From Phoronis australis (lineage: Eukaryota; Animalia; Phoronida), in the NCBI GenBank assembly GCA_002633005.1, contig NMRA01000158.1, positions 122,229 through 186,228 of the forward strand: 64,000 nucleotides of DNA, given 5' to 3'. A program made the translations under genes and the position numbers. Shown piece by piece: positions 13,116 to 24,951 of this stretch. The notes under the pieces are model-generated. The model worked only from the letters and a program-made list of their open reading frames with translations, ran no database searches and was not told where the DNA came from. How positions within the stretch are numbered: position 1 is the first letter of the stretch; each line of letters begins with the position of its first letter.

Positions 13116-16100
13116 GGAGCTATTCGGAGAATTCTCCTCGCGGTGTCGCTGCTGTACTAGTGGTGATTGAATTGCGCATGCGTGGCTGTCTGCATGTAAA
13201 CAACTGGTAAAAGACGGAATTGTTATCAAAATACGTCGTCGCGCTAAGCCTTATTACTGCTAATTTCCCTGGTGCAAGTCTTCGACAGGTGACCAAAAAT
13301 TCCCAAAATACCTTACGTTACTATATTCGTGGACAATTGCGGTCAAAAGCGTCAACTAACTGACAAAAAGTGTGTGGATGTTGAAGCCCGGTGTGTGCTC
13401 TATGACTATGCAGTTCCATTCGGAGACTACACAACATTACTTGGTAAGTTTTTAGCAATCAAGTTTCTATCAACATCGTTCGGTGATGTTATCCCCACCA
13501 GTTACTCCAATGAATAACAGTTTTATTGAGTGGAACTAAGTGTTTCTTTTTGGAAACTCACCCGATGCCGGGTAGGCTAGCAGCACATATTCATATTGAC
13601 CTGGGTGGGAGTGCTCCCAAAATAAGAGGTTATGGTACGTGATGCACAGGAGTCAAGGGTAACTTTTTCACAGCAGTTTCTCATCAAAGCTATGCTGTTT
13701 CCAATAAAATTCTCTAGATGAGTGATTTTCTTATTTTATCGCGGACCCCACCCCCAGGGCTACCAGATCAGTTATCGAATTAACATGAATAAGCCTTAAT
13801 TCAGTAAATGTCGTAACATTGCATTGGAAAAAAATGACACCCAGAATGAATTTACTTGTTGAGATCAGAAGCACATTTTAAGTGTCATGAAAAATACACA
13901 TTGTTAAATCACTTTTAGCCTGTTTCACATATTTTAATTCAGATATTAAATAAGACTTGGGTACAAAGGTTATTAGTTTCTACACATAAACATGAAGATG
14001 GAACGTCAAGTATGTTCTGCCTTACAAAAGTAGTTTTGTCTTGTCTTTTCCTTTACAATTTGCCAATATTTCTCCGACTATTCTGTTACAGGTGAGAGAA
14101 AACAACTGAAACCAACCGCCCGACCATCTATTTTACCTTTGGACAAAGTGAAAAGCAATCCTTCAGCAATAACTTGAGAGAACTGAACGTAATTTAGAAA
14201 TTAGCCATTGATATGCCTTATTATGGACTCCATCGCAATGTTGTTTCTTTCTGTGCTTTTTCAGTTTGCTATTTGTTTTTAAATACACTGATAATTGTTT
14301 ATTCTCGAATCTTGTGCATAGCAGATTCTTATCGAGCTAGCTACAATTGAAAACATAAAATAAGACAATCGATGCAGTCACTGAATGTCATTTCCCCATA
14401 ATGTGTACCAAATTGAAAAGTTTTTACCAATAGTATAAAGCGTTTCTTCTGAAAGGAAAATTTAATGTCACTCAGCTTTTGGCTTTCATTTCACTGGGAT
14501 CTAGTTTCAATGGCCTATAGAAGCGCTTGTAAAAAAGGTCCAGTTTCGACACGTGGCTTTTTTTAACGTAACCTCATTCATCCTCAATAACATCCACAAT
14601 TAGACCCTTGAAGGTAAACACAGCAGCATATCACTTGAATCGTTTTGAGCCCAAAATCAGACCCTTGAAGTAGACCAGAGTGTCACTAGGTCTTCTTTAG
14701 CTTCAGTCCCTCATGTTTCTTCCAGGAAAGGAAATAAGCTATTGTCCACACACGACTCATTGCCTGTGAAAGGGCATCCTCACCAACAAGGCTTACTTGT
14801 GTAGCAGTCAGATATAGTTCGTCTGAATACACATACAATCCACTGGCACATTGTGGTAACTTAGTACTGCGATTCACATTTCTTCAGGGCCACTGACTTG
14901 TACATTGTGCCATGCAGCACTGCTGGTGTGTGGAAGTGCTGTGGGAAGAGAACGGAGTAACAAAGCTTGTCAATGATACAGCTTGAAGTGGCTTTAAAAT
15001 GTCACAAATATTGAAATGTGAATAATTAAGTACTCCAGATTCGGTCAAAATTGTTATCCCTGTTTTTCAAAAATATATGGTGACTTCTTTACATTTTCAC
15101 ATAAAATTAAATAATTACTATTTTCAGAAACCAAGAGTGTACATACTAAGCATTGCATAAAACTGCGTCTTTACTTTTAATTCGTAGGCATAACAATTCT
15201 TTAAATGCATCACTTGTCTGCAAAATATACAAGTTTTTGAGACAACTTCAAACCTTTGTTACCCATTTTCAAGCCTTTTTAATTTTGATACTTTCAGCAA
15301 TTTTAAACTCCGATTACAGGTTCATGGGTCTGTCAAGAATACTTCTAGTCTAAGGTTAAGGGGACCGTTTCTCAGACGTAATTTTTCTTCTAATAGAAGA
15401 TATGAAGACTTGGATAATTTAAAAATGATGATTAATCTTTCTGTTGTTTAAGAGTAATTACAAATCGTAAGGCACCATCAAACATGCAATTTTCATAAAA
15501 ATGGCAGTCATTTGAATTTATAACGACTTGCAACATTTCGAGGCATGAGTTAAGACTATTCAGTCACTGTGAATTCAGAAAATGTAATATATTTTCATGG
15601 GTTTACAACTGATACAAGCAGCAAAACAGTTTCACGAAATCAACTTGAAGGGACCTCGTGAAGATTAAGAATTACCCCCACCATGTTCTTTTCCCCAAAC
15701 ATGTACTACCTATTATTTCCACACATGCAGTTGTACCAAATATTACAACCCCAACCCCCCATGCCAACTGAATCTCTCGCTAAGGACCTGAATAAGTAAA
15801 TTAACAAAATGACTTACATACCTTTCCTTAAAAATAGCTGTTCCTTTTTAAAGGCTTTGTTCGTTGCCTCCAATATTGAAAGTAGACTTTGACAAAAGAT
15901 CTGCACTAGATGGGAAGTTTTTGTTGGCTAGCTGCAGTCAAATGCTAAAAACCAGTTTCTGTCCATTCAGGGACGTTACAGAAGCGATGCATATCTCCTC
16001 TGCACGTACAAGCCATCAAACCTAAAAACCAAAGGTTACGTGAAAACAGACGTGATAGATTTCCATTTCAACGTGTCATAGATTTCCAGAAGACATATGA

Positions 16101-16643
16101 TAGGGAGTAAACAAATAGTCTAATGCAATGGATATTTGTCATGTACCCCGCTTTGCCATTGGGCTTGGATTGTAATCTTAACTCATTAACCTGTGTCGAG
16201 TTGACCGTGAGCATAAACATTCAGCATTGATTGATGTAACTGTCACTGATAAACTGTTAGAAATCATTCCAAACAATAATAATGCTTTGATGTACGAAAA
16301 GATCCCGATTGCTACGTCAAGTATCGTATCACATGTCACAACGAACAAAGATTAACCCGACTGGCGACTGCGGCGAAGTCGACATCGGCGAGTACCTCAG
16401 TAAACAGGCATCGGTAGAATAATCATGGAATAATCGTTAAAATAATCACAAACCTTACCTTTGTATAAGGTCGTGCTTACTTCCTCTCATAGAAGCACCC
16501 TTTTCACGCAATCTCAGATTCAGTTGGCACGGCTGCAAGCCACTTCACCATGTATTTAAAGGGCTTGCGAAATCGAGGCTGTTTATCTATCACCACTAGA
16601 ACACGCACGCCCTCTAGTTATTGTAGATTTTCCGAATAGCCCC
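13116..16643. mobile_element. Non-autonomous ISL2EU/PIF-Harbinger-like DNA transposon, copy 1 (3.5 kb)
   Basis: at|GGAGCTATTCGGA ... TCCGAATAGCCCC|at: TIRs with AT flanks, as described for ISL2EU. Both ends and large internal blocks match 20624-32221 in reverse complement. Confidence 0.7.
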
Positions 16644-17574
16644 ATTGTACCACATTGCTGACGTATCCTGTTCGAACTAGGTTGGCATATTTAAAATATT
16701 CTAAATGTTACGGAAATTGTGCAAGGAATGGGAAACCAGAGTATTATTGAGTTCCAACTCCGAAAGTGCTTTGCTCCGAAAGGTCTCAACTCCGAGAGAC
16801 CGTAACGTTACTTTTCCTGTATGCGTACTGTGTTTTAATTGATTTTTAATGTGATGTTTTTTAATCCAAAAATACTAGACTTCTAAAAACAGAGATACAA
16901 TATAATGTGTTCTATGCGTTCTGTCTTTTCACTTTCTTTTTCTGACGTACTACACTTACGTCACGTTGGATACAAGCTTAATCAATTTCTTTCAAATGTT
17001 TGAGACTTGTTTTTAAGATAATACCGATGCGTGCTACGCAAGGTTATAAAAATCGTTCGTATTTCAGTTTTTAAAAAATTTGAAATTTTGCCATCGTTCG
17101 AAACTGCTCTAGTTTTACGAGACTGCGTGGCATGTTGATAAATTTTCAAACAATATGCTTTTCGACGAATCTTTCCCGCGATATTACAGGTCTTTTATAA
17201 CCGTTCATTTTCAGAATGGCCAACGTGTTTTACGAAAGTCTGATGAATTGCCAGGTAACAAACTGGAGGCAATACTCTCATGAAATTGTTTTACCACAAC
17301 CCCTACGTTCGCTTTGAGAGGGTTCGTCTCAATTGAATCCACGTTTGAGTATTTTCATATGTTGATCTTTGGCACATCATCGCAGCATTACGTTTTACAT
17401 GCGGGCCTCGTAAGGATACAACCTGCACTGTTTCGTGCGACGATGGCGCATCTAGACATAGTTGGCGCACCATAGGGGGGCTGGAGGGGGCTATAGCCCC
17501 CACTTTTTCCAGTGCTGCGACACCCATGCTAAATGGACTATGAGTTTTCTGTATAACGGGACACAACTGATGCC

Positions 17575-18950
17575 GTGCAATTGTGCTTAATTATGCTTGA
17601 ATATTCATGTAACTAACGGCAGGTTTTGTTGTAGTCTAGTTTAAAAAACGCCCAAATGACGCAATACACAAAGCTTTTCACTTGCACTATTAAAAACATT
17701 TCCAGTAGTTGGTTCAACTCCTATACTGGGGAGCGGCTTTCAAAAATCAATTTGTTGTATTGCTAAGCGTTCCAGGCAATCTTTTGTCAAGCATCAAGTG
17801 ATACTGTAATGGTCCTTATTCACTCAAATGTTATAATGCCATAGGTATCTGTCACGTTTTTCCCCGTGTGTGGGTGGGCGCAGGTTGTTACAGACCGGTG
17901 CTAATAGCTTTCGGTGCGACGATTGATTGAAGACTGGTTCGAGTTAATCCTTTATTAATCCCGACCGTATGTTCACAAGCCTACTCAAATAAAACGTCCG
18001 ACGTAATGTATGTTCTATGCTCCAGCCAGTGCAGCGAAGACTTGACTTGTGATGAACTTCTGAGACACGTTCAGCAACTGTTACACTCGTTGATTCAATA
18101 ACTTGCTGTCTCTATAGCTGGCTCTCTGTTGATTATCGCTTTAACTGCTGATTCTCTTCACTGCAACTCAACTGTAATTCTCCTGATTAACTTTCTTGAA
18201 CTGACTTGATCTTACTAACACAAACCTGTGTTTGTGTATTTATAGCCTAATGCATTATTCTGGAACTTTACATCAATTCAAACACATTCTAGAACATTTC
18301 TGAATCTACTCAACCATTCTACAAACATGTACTAGTCTCTAGAATATTCCAGACTGCATTAATCACTGTCATGCCAGAGTCTTCTAGAAAGTTCCACACT
18401 ACATTGCAGTAAACAAATTACATCATCACTACTGAACTCAGTCTACTAGAAAGTTCCATCCTATTCTGTAGTGAACAATTTACATCATTGTACTTAACTC
18501 AGGGGTCATGCCAATCAAACTGAATAACAAAACAAAACAATACAACTTAAAATACTGTCAGACTATATTCTGACAGTACCCTGCAGTGGTCCTTGTGCAT
18601 ATCCTTGACAGACAACAGGGTGATCTGATGCTCAGTTTGAATAGACCTATATAACGCTGCTTGAGTGGATCATTCCAACACGTATGTAGTCAAACTTCTT
18701 TGCAGTACCTAATCGAGACATACATTGAAACGCCCTGATCCTAATTGCTACATTCGTCTGGGAAGCAACATGAAATGTGTGGATTATTAAAAAGCACAAA
18801 AACAGAAAGATAACCGATCATTTTTTTATTTCACAACTTACATCAATCTGACTGCACAGATTCAAATAACTGTACCTAATTGCTTCACAGTTTGAGAACC
18901 AATATGAAACACGTGAATCTTTAATAAAAACAACAAAGCATAAACATAGC
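17575..18950. repeat. Dispersed repeat copy B (paralogue of 490-1790), interrupted by a solo LTR
   Basis: Collinear with 490-1790. It lacks the L1/Tx1 insert but carries the 726-bp LTR. Confidence 0.8.
17850..18575 (-). mobile_element. Solo LTR (726 bp) with 5-bp TSD
   Basis: gtatc|TGTCA...TGACA|gtacc. The empty site is visible in repeat copy A at ~755-770. The minus strand has TATAAATA (~18237-18244) and AATAAA (~17951-17956). Confidence 0.75.
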
Positions 18951-19394
18951 CAACCGTGTTTCATTTCCCCCGCCTCCTAAATCCGATTTCACGCACCGAA
19001 AAGCGAAAGCGTGCAAAGAGCATCATATCGTGTCGCAAACAAAGAGAATTTGGTTGTGACGTGTTACCCATTTAATAGGTTGAAGCCAAGCGGTACTCAG
19101 TGACATCGTAATCCAGACTATTTAAGATATCAAAAGCATCAGGTTACGCAATTACCCCAAAATGGTCACGGATGTGATCTTATGTGGCTAAATCCATGCA
19201 GACGTAGTATAATTTTCTTCTCAACTGAATAAGGTTAGCATTTCGCAATATTTTAGAACTCAGACTCATATGGAGAAGCTCAACACAAAGAAAATATTAT
19301 GTTTCGTAGTTGGCAGTACAGAGTCTTCGCCACATGCCCTGCTCTCTTCTAAGAGTCCTGACGCAAGCCACTTCACCGTCGGAAGCCACGATTT

Positions 19395-19441
19395 TCAGCC
19401 GTATTTTACAAATATTGCCATAACGTCCGCTCTTTTGATAT
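19395..19441 (-). CDS. Exon 5 (terminal) of secreted PAN-domain protein: (D)IKRADVMAIFVKYG*
   Basis: Acceptor ctatgttttAG; phase 1 matches exon 4. Supplies a natural-looking terminal strand and a stop codon. Total spliced CDS is 924 nt. Confidence 0.75.
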
Positions 19442-21901
19442 CTAAAACATAGATTATGAGAAGCAGACGTACGGCATTGGTGAAATAAGAATCTCGACAA
19501 TGCAGATGAGCGTTTGAAGATACGTTTTACTGTTGGTTTATTCAGACATCACTATATAAACATGTAACACGATATTGTTCAAGGACAAGAAAATAAAATA
19601 AAATCAAAACTCCGTACAATAAATATGAGAGCTCGGATAACACAGAAAACAATATGGCGTTACTTCCACTGTTATCCAGGAACGCTAGGCCTATGACAAC
19701 CCAAACGACATATTGTTGGCATTCGCCTGCTTAACAAGTTAGCTCCGCTACTCTATAATCAGATTGAAGTGCTAGTTTGGTTCACCACTCAGCCAGTGAC
19801 AACTTTTGGCGACTTCCATTTTTCGGACAATATATACACAGCATGCGTGTGAAACGTTTTATTACGTTAATGTTATATTTGCGTAATTGTTACGTCATTC
19901 TGCGGGACCGATAAAACTAATATTGCTGTTACCGAATTGGCATTTTACCAATGTTTTCTATTGAGACAATACGGGTTAAAATACTATCGATATGCTCCGA
20001 TACTTTACTCATACGTTTACAGCATTACTTTAACTAAAGTACATGAAAAATCCAGGTAATCAATCAAAAACCACTGACAGTGTCAACCTAGTGTTATAAT
20101 TTGTATCGAAGGAGTGCTGTATTTCAATCACCATGGAGATAATTAGGCCAATTATAAAACTGCCAAACTTCAAAACACATTCAGTCTGCGGCAACTCTAG
20201 GTATTAGAAGCACTTAACGGTCTCCATGAGTTTAGAAGTACAATTATGTTGCATTGACATCTTGGGGTAATCCACTGTTTTAAGAAACTTGATAGCTACA
20301 GTTTGCCCTGCTTAGCTGGCTTAAAACGAAAACTGAATTAGGCCATTTTTCTCATGCTCACAAAATTTCTTACCGTGGTGGGATTCTAGTTCCGTTACCA
20401 ACTCAACTTACGCGCAATGTGTACTTGCATCATTTTCGAATTCGCAAGTTTAGAATTGGTCAACCTCAAAACAGTGTCAAACAATTTCCTGAGTCTCTTA
20501 ATTGTTTCGAATTTCTAGTTGCTAACGGAAACAGAATCCTATCACGGTAAGGAATTACCCTCTGACACAGCGTCACCTATACTGAGAAGTGACCCTGTAG
20601 AAACATGATGAACGACACACAATGGGGCTATTCGGAAATTTACATTAACTAGAGGGCGCGCGTGTACTAGTGGTGATAGCAAAGACCGTAGAGAGGGAGA
20701 CGTTTGAGCTAGCGAAATCCTACTGGACGGCCACTGGCGGCCATTGTTGTTTCGTGGACCGTAGAGACGTCTAGCGGGTGTGTGTGCGAAAAAAGGAATA
20801 TGGCTGATACTTGTGGTCAGTGGTCACAGAGACAAGATATTTTATCTGATCATGTAGTTCATATAGATTTCCCATAGTTAATACTTCTGAGGGTAGTGCT
20901 GCGTCATGTAACTTCAAAACAAGATATGGAGGCTGCAGTTCCTAAAAAGAGGATCAGAGGAGCTTTTTGTGCTACAGCAACAGTCAGTTGAAAAATCGAG
21001 ACTTGCACTTCTCCCCAATGATAAAGACGGGTGAGATATACGAGTGATACAGAGAATTCTATTTGTGAAAATGCTGCTAATCAATCATTGGTGTTGGCAG
21101 AGCGATTTGAACTTGTCTTACCTTTAAGTTTCAAGGTTTATTTGATTACTCAAAGCCAAATTGTGGTAATCAGATACATGGCCGGGATGATGGGTACTTG
21201 ATTTTAGAGCCAGTTACTCCCAATGAATTACGCCCGTTATTCAGTGGTAGTAACTGGTTCTCAAATGATTCTTGAGTGAAGGACCAGCCTATTAAACTAT
21301 AACCGAAATTGTCCTGCATGTGTTTCATGACTTGGGGCCTGCTGATAACTTGTGTTTCTATTCTATGATTGGATCTAAACTGTAATTTCTTTAATTTCTT
21401 CAATTCACCTCAGTGTTTATACATTCAGATCCAAGAGATAGGTGATAAACAGCAAATGTGAGGATCTGCTAAGGAGAAATGCTGTGATGTTAACTTAGTC
21501 CAGTGGACTTGTATGGGTTTAGGTCTTTACTGTGATGAGCCTTCATTGTACTTTAAAGGACTTATAGTCCGAAGCATCATTACTTGAAAAATATATCAGT
21601 CAGGCGGCGTTATTCCAAAGCAACATTATTCCGAAGAGTGATTACTTAGCTGCATTAATGGCAAAGAGTGAGTGACGCCGCATAGATAATATTGCTGATG
21701 CCACATATTTTTCCTGCATGTTGTATTTGTGATAATGTAGATGATACTTTTCCAGCCAATAGATCACAGCTACGCCACTAGTGAGCCCAGTGAAACACCC
21801 CCATCTGCTGAGCACCATGCAGTGCTGCTTTAGTAAAGCTCTTAGGTGAGGTAATAGGACATAATTAATAAGGACAATTTCATCCTCCATGACTGATGGT
21901 T

Positions 21902-22047
21902 TTGTTATACCTATTGTATTGCTACCTGAAGCTCACCTCTCTACTTGCTATAGTTATAAAAAAGCGGACTCTGTTGTTATATCTATTGTATTGCTACCTA
22001 AAGCTAACCTCTCTACTTACTAGTTATAAAAAAGCGGACTCTGTTGT
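21902..22047. repeat. Short tandem duplication (~70 bp x2)
   Basis: tgttata.ctattgtattgctacct.aagct.acctctctactt..tagttataaaaaagcggactctgttg occurs twice. Confidence 0.8.
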
Positions 22048-22598
22048 TTTTGATTTCATGACTTGGATGTATACTTTTATTGATCTGAAATGGTATTTTA
22101 AGTATTTGTTTGGTTTAACACACTCGGGATTTTTAAAGCCCTTTGATTAAAAAATATGTTGAAAATCAGAGGATGAGTCTTGAGTCAGGCTGTTTGTTAA
22201 AAATGTAGGTGTATACAAGTAGACAGTTGTAGGCAGTTAATATGTGTAGATACTTTAAATGTATTTTTGTATTCATTCATTTCAGAAAGTTGTTGACTTG
22301 CATGAGAAAGTAAGTCAAGCGGGGATGCCGAAAAGTCTGCACCCAGCGGTCCCTATTGTGCCTGTGACTGTAGAGGGAATGGTCAGTGGTGCTGTCTGAT
22401 TAAGCATGTCGCCAGTAACTGCAGCATCTTTGGTGCTACCATCCGAGACCGTAGATAGGGAGACAGTCCACCTAGCGAAATCCCATCGGACGGCCACCGG
22501 CGGACATTGTTGTTTCTTGGACCGTAGAGACGTCTAGGGAGTGTGCGTGCAATAAACAAATGTGGCAAGATATCACGGCTCCCGTCAGTAAAAAAGCA

Positions 22599-24255
22599 AT
22601 GGTGCTTTTTTCACTGCCTACGACTGCAGCAACAGCTAATTGAACATTCGTGACTTATGCTTTTTTGCTTCCTCAATGATTAAGATAGCTGATGTTCATG
22701 ATTGAAACAGAGGATACTTCTGCGTGAAACTGTTGCCAGTCATTCAGTGATGGACTGGGTGATTTGAACTTAATGTCATTACTGTTTCCTGCATTTGATT
22801 GGCGATATAGAAAATTATCATAAATTGTTTGCATGATTTTGGGAACTACTGATTAGTTTATTCTATGCCCATTGATGGTTCTAATTACTTTCTTTCATTT
22901 CATTCTGCAGTCCTAATACATTCAGATCTAAAAGATAATTATATCTACTATTATTTACTAATTTTATTATTGTTTTTCATTATATATTTGTTTTTATATC
23001 TATTCTTGATTATTTATTATCATTATTTATTTACTTTTACTTATTTAAATTATTTCTTGTGATCCCATACAGTCAACATCCTGGCTATCGTTGATCAATA
23101 ATCTATATAATATGATCATGATATGGACTTCAGTGCATAATAGATATTACTTTTATGGTTTGGTAACCTACTTGATTATTTGCCATAGGAAGTGGTGAAG
23201 GAAGTGTTGTTTTAAAGGCACATTGAGCCATACATTTGTGAGCACTTCGATAGTATGTGTAGTACCTTGGAAACTTGTTACACTCCAGTGACGATGTCGT
23301 TTGTTTAGATTTTTGTTTTGACATGGGTCTTAAAACATCAAGTAAGGAAATAAGGCGTCGCTATGTTATTTACTTTGAAGTTGGCCTGCCAAACTAACTG
23401 CTGATAGTTGATTTAAAAATGTGCNATGGTGCTTTTTTCACTGCCTACGACTGCAGCAACAGTTAATTGAACATTCGTGACTTACGCTTTTTTGCTTCCT
23501 CAATGATTAAGATAGGTGATGTTCATGATTGAAACAGAGGATACTTCTGCGTGAAACTGTTGCCAGTCATTCAGTGATGGACTGGGTGATTTGAACTTAA
23601 TGTCTTTACTGTTTCCTGCATTTGATTGCTGATATAGGAAATTATCATAAATTGTTTGCATGATTTTGGGAACTACTGATTAGTTTATTCTATGCCCATT
23701 GATGCTTCTAATTACTTTCTTTCATTTCATTCTGCAGTCTCAATACATTCAGATCTAAAAGATAATTATATCTACTATTATTTACTAATTTTATTATTGT
23801 TTTTCATTATATATTTGTTTTTATATCTATTCTTGATTATTTATTATTATTATTCATTTATTTACTGTTACTTATTTAAATTATTTCTTTTGATCCCATA
23901 CAGTCAACATCCTGGCTATCGTTGATCAATAATCTATATAATATGATCATGATATGGACTTCAGTGCATAATAGATATTACTTTTATGGTTTGGTAACCT
24001 ACTTGACTATTTGCCATAGGAAGTCGTGAAGGAAGTGTTGTTTTAAAGGCACAATGAGCTATACATTTGTGAGCACTTCGATAGTATGTGTAGTACCTTG
24101 GAAACTTGTTACACTCCAGTGACGATGTCGTTTGTTTAGATTTTTGTTTTGACATGGGTCTTAAAACATCAAGTAAGGAAATAAGGCGTCGCTATGTTAT
24201 TTACTTTGAAGTTGGCCTGCCAAACTAACTGCTGATAGTTGATTTAAAAATGTGC
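22599..24255. repeat. Near-identical ~830-bp tandem duplication split by the single N at 23425 (likely haplotype/contig-overlap artefact)
   Basis: 22599-23424 and 23426-24255 differ only by scattered substitutions and small indels. The junction coincides exactly with the N. Confidence 0.85.
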
Positions 24256-24795
24256 ATGATTTACGAGAGCTGGAAAGCTTCGTAAAAATACTGGAAATGG
24301 ATTGCATATTCAATAGGCATCTTGGCTGTTTTATGGGGACATAGAAGGCAGGTTTGCTGGACTTCAGGCAGGAATTCCGTCTCTTGCTGGTTTGGAACCC
24401 CTACCCCTCTTGCCTCCAGTTTCATTCACCACAATTCACCTCAATTCGCTACCCATTTCAGATACCATCGGGCACGAATGCTTGGGGTGCAGTGAATCAG
24501 TTCCAAATAGCGACTCCACTGTTTCCTAAAACTACTACATTTTTGGGAGTTTTCTACATTGAATTCTCAATATGATTGAAAATAAGTAGGGATCTTTTCA
24601 TGTAATGCGCCTAATTTGAGGACTAAGTCCCTAAATATTTTGACTGAATTAAGAGCTCAGTTTTTAGTTATATTATTATAAAACGTCATAAGTCAAAAGA
24701 TTAGCTCATAATAAAGATAAAATGATAGAAAAATATGAAAACTGTGATCAAAGAAACAAAAAGATGCCTAAAAGATTTACCAACTCAGTTGAGTA

Positions 24796-24951
24796 CAGGC
24801 GGATCCAGGGTGGGGGGTCAAAGGGGTCTGGACCCCCCATTTTCCTTGATTGTAGTGAGATCAACACTAGAATTTTCAAATTGTTGACTTGGGCCACCTT
24901 TCTTAAAAAATCATATCCGATCCCCCCCTTTAAAAAATCCTGGATATGACC
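24796..24951. mobile_element. GC-rich short MITE (GGCGGATCC-type)
   Basis: caggcggatccagggtggggggtc...cccccctttaaaaaatcctggat; same style as 55986-56143. Confidence 0.55.

Noticed and set aside
22865-23925. Hydrophobic Y/L/F-rich ORFs as membrane proteins
   Set aside because: They are translations of AT-rich low-complexity DNA inside a transposon, duplicated at the assembly gap.
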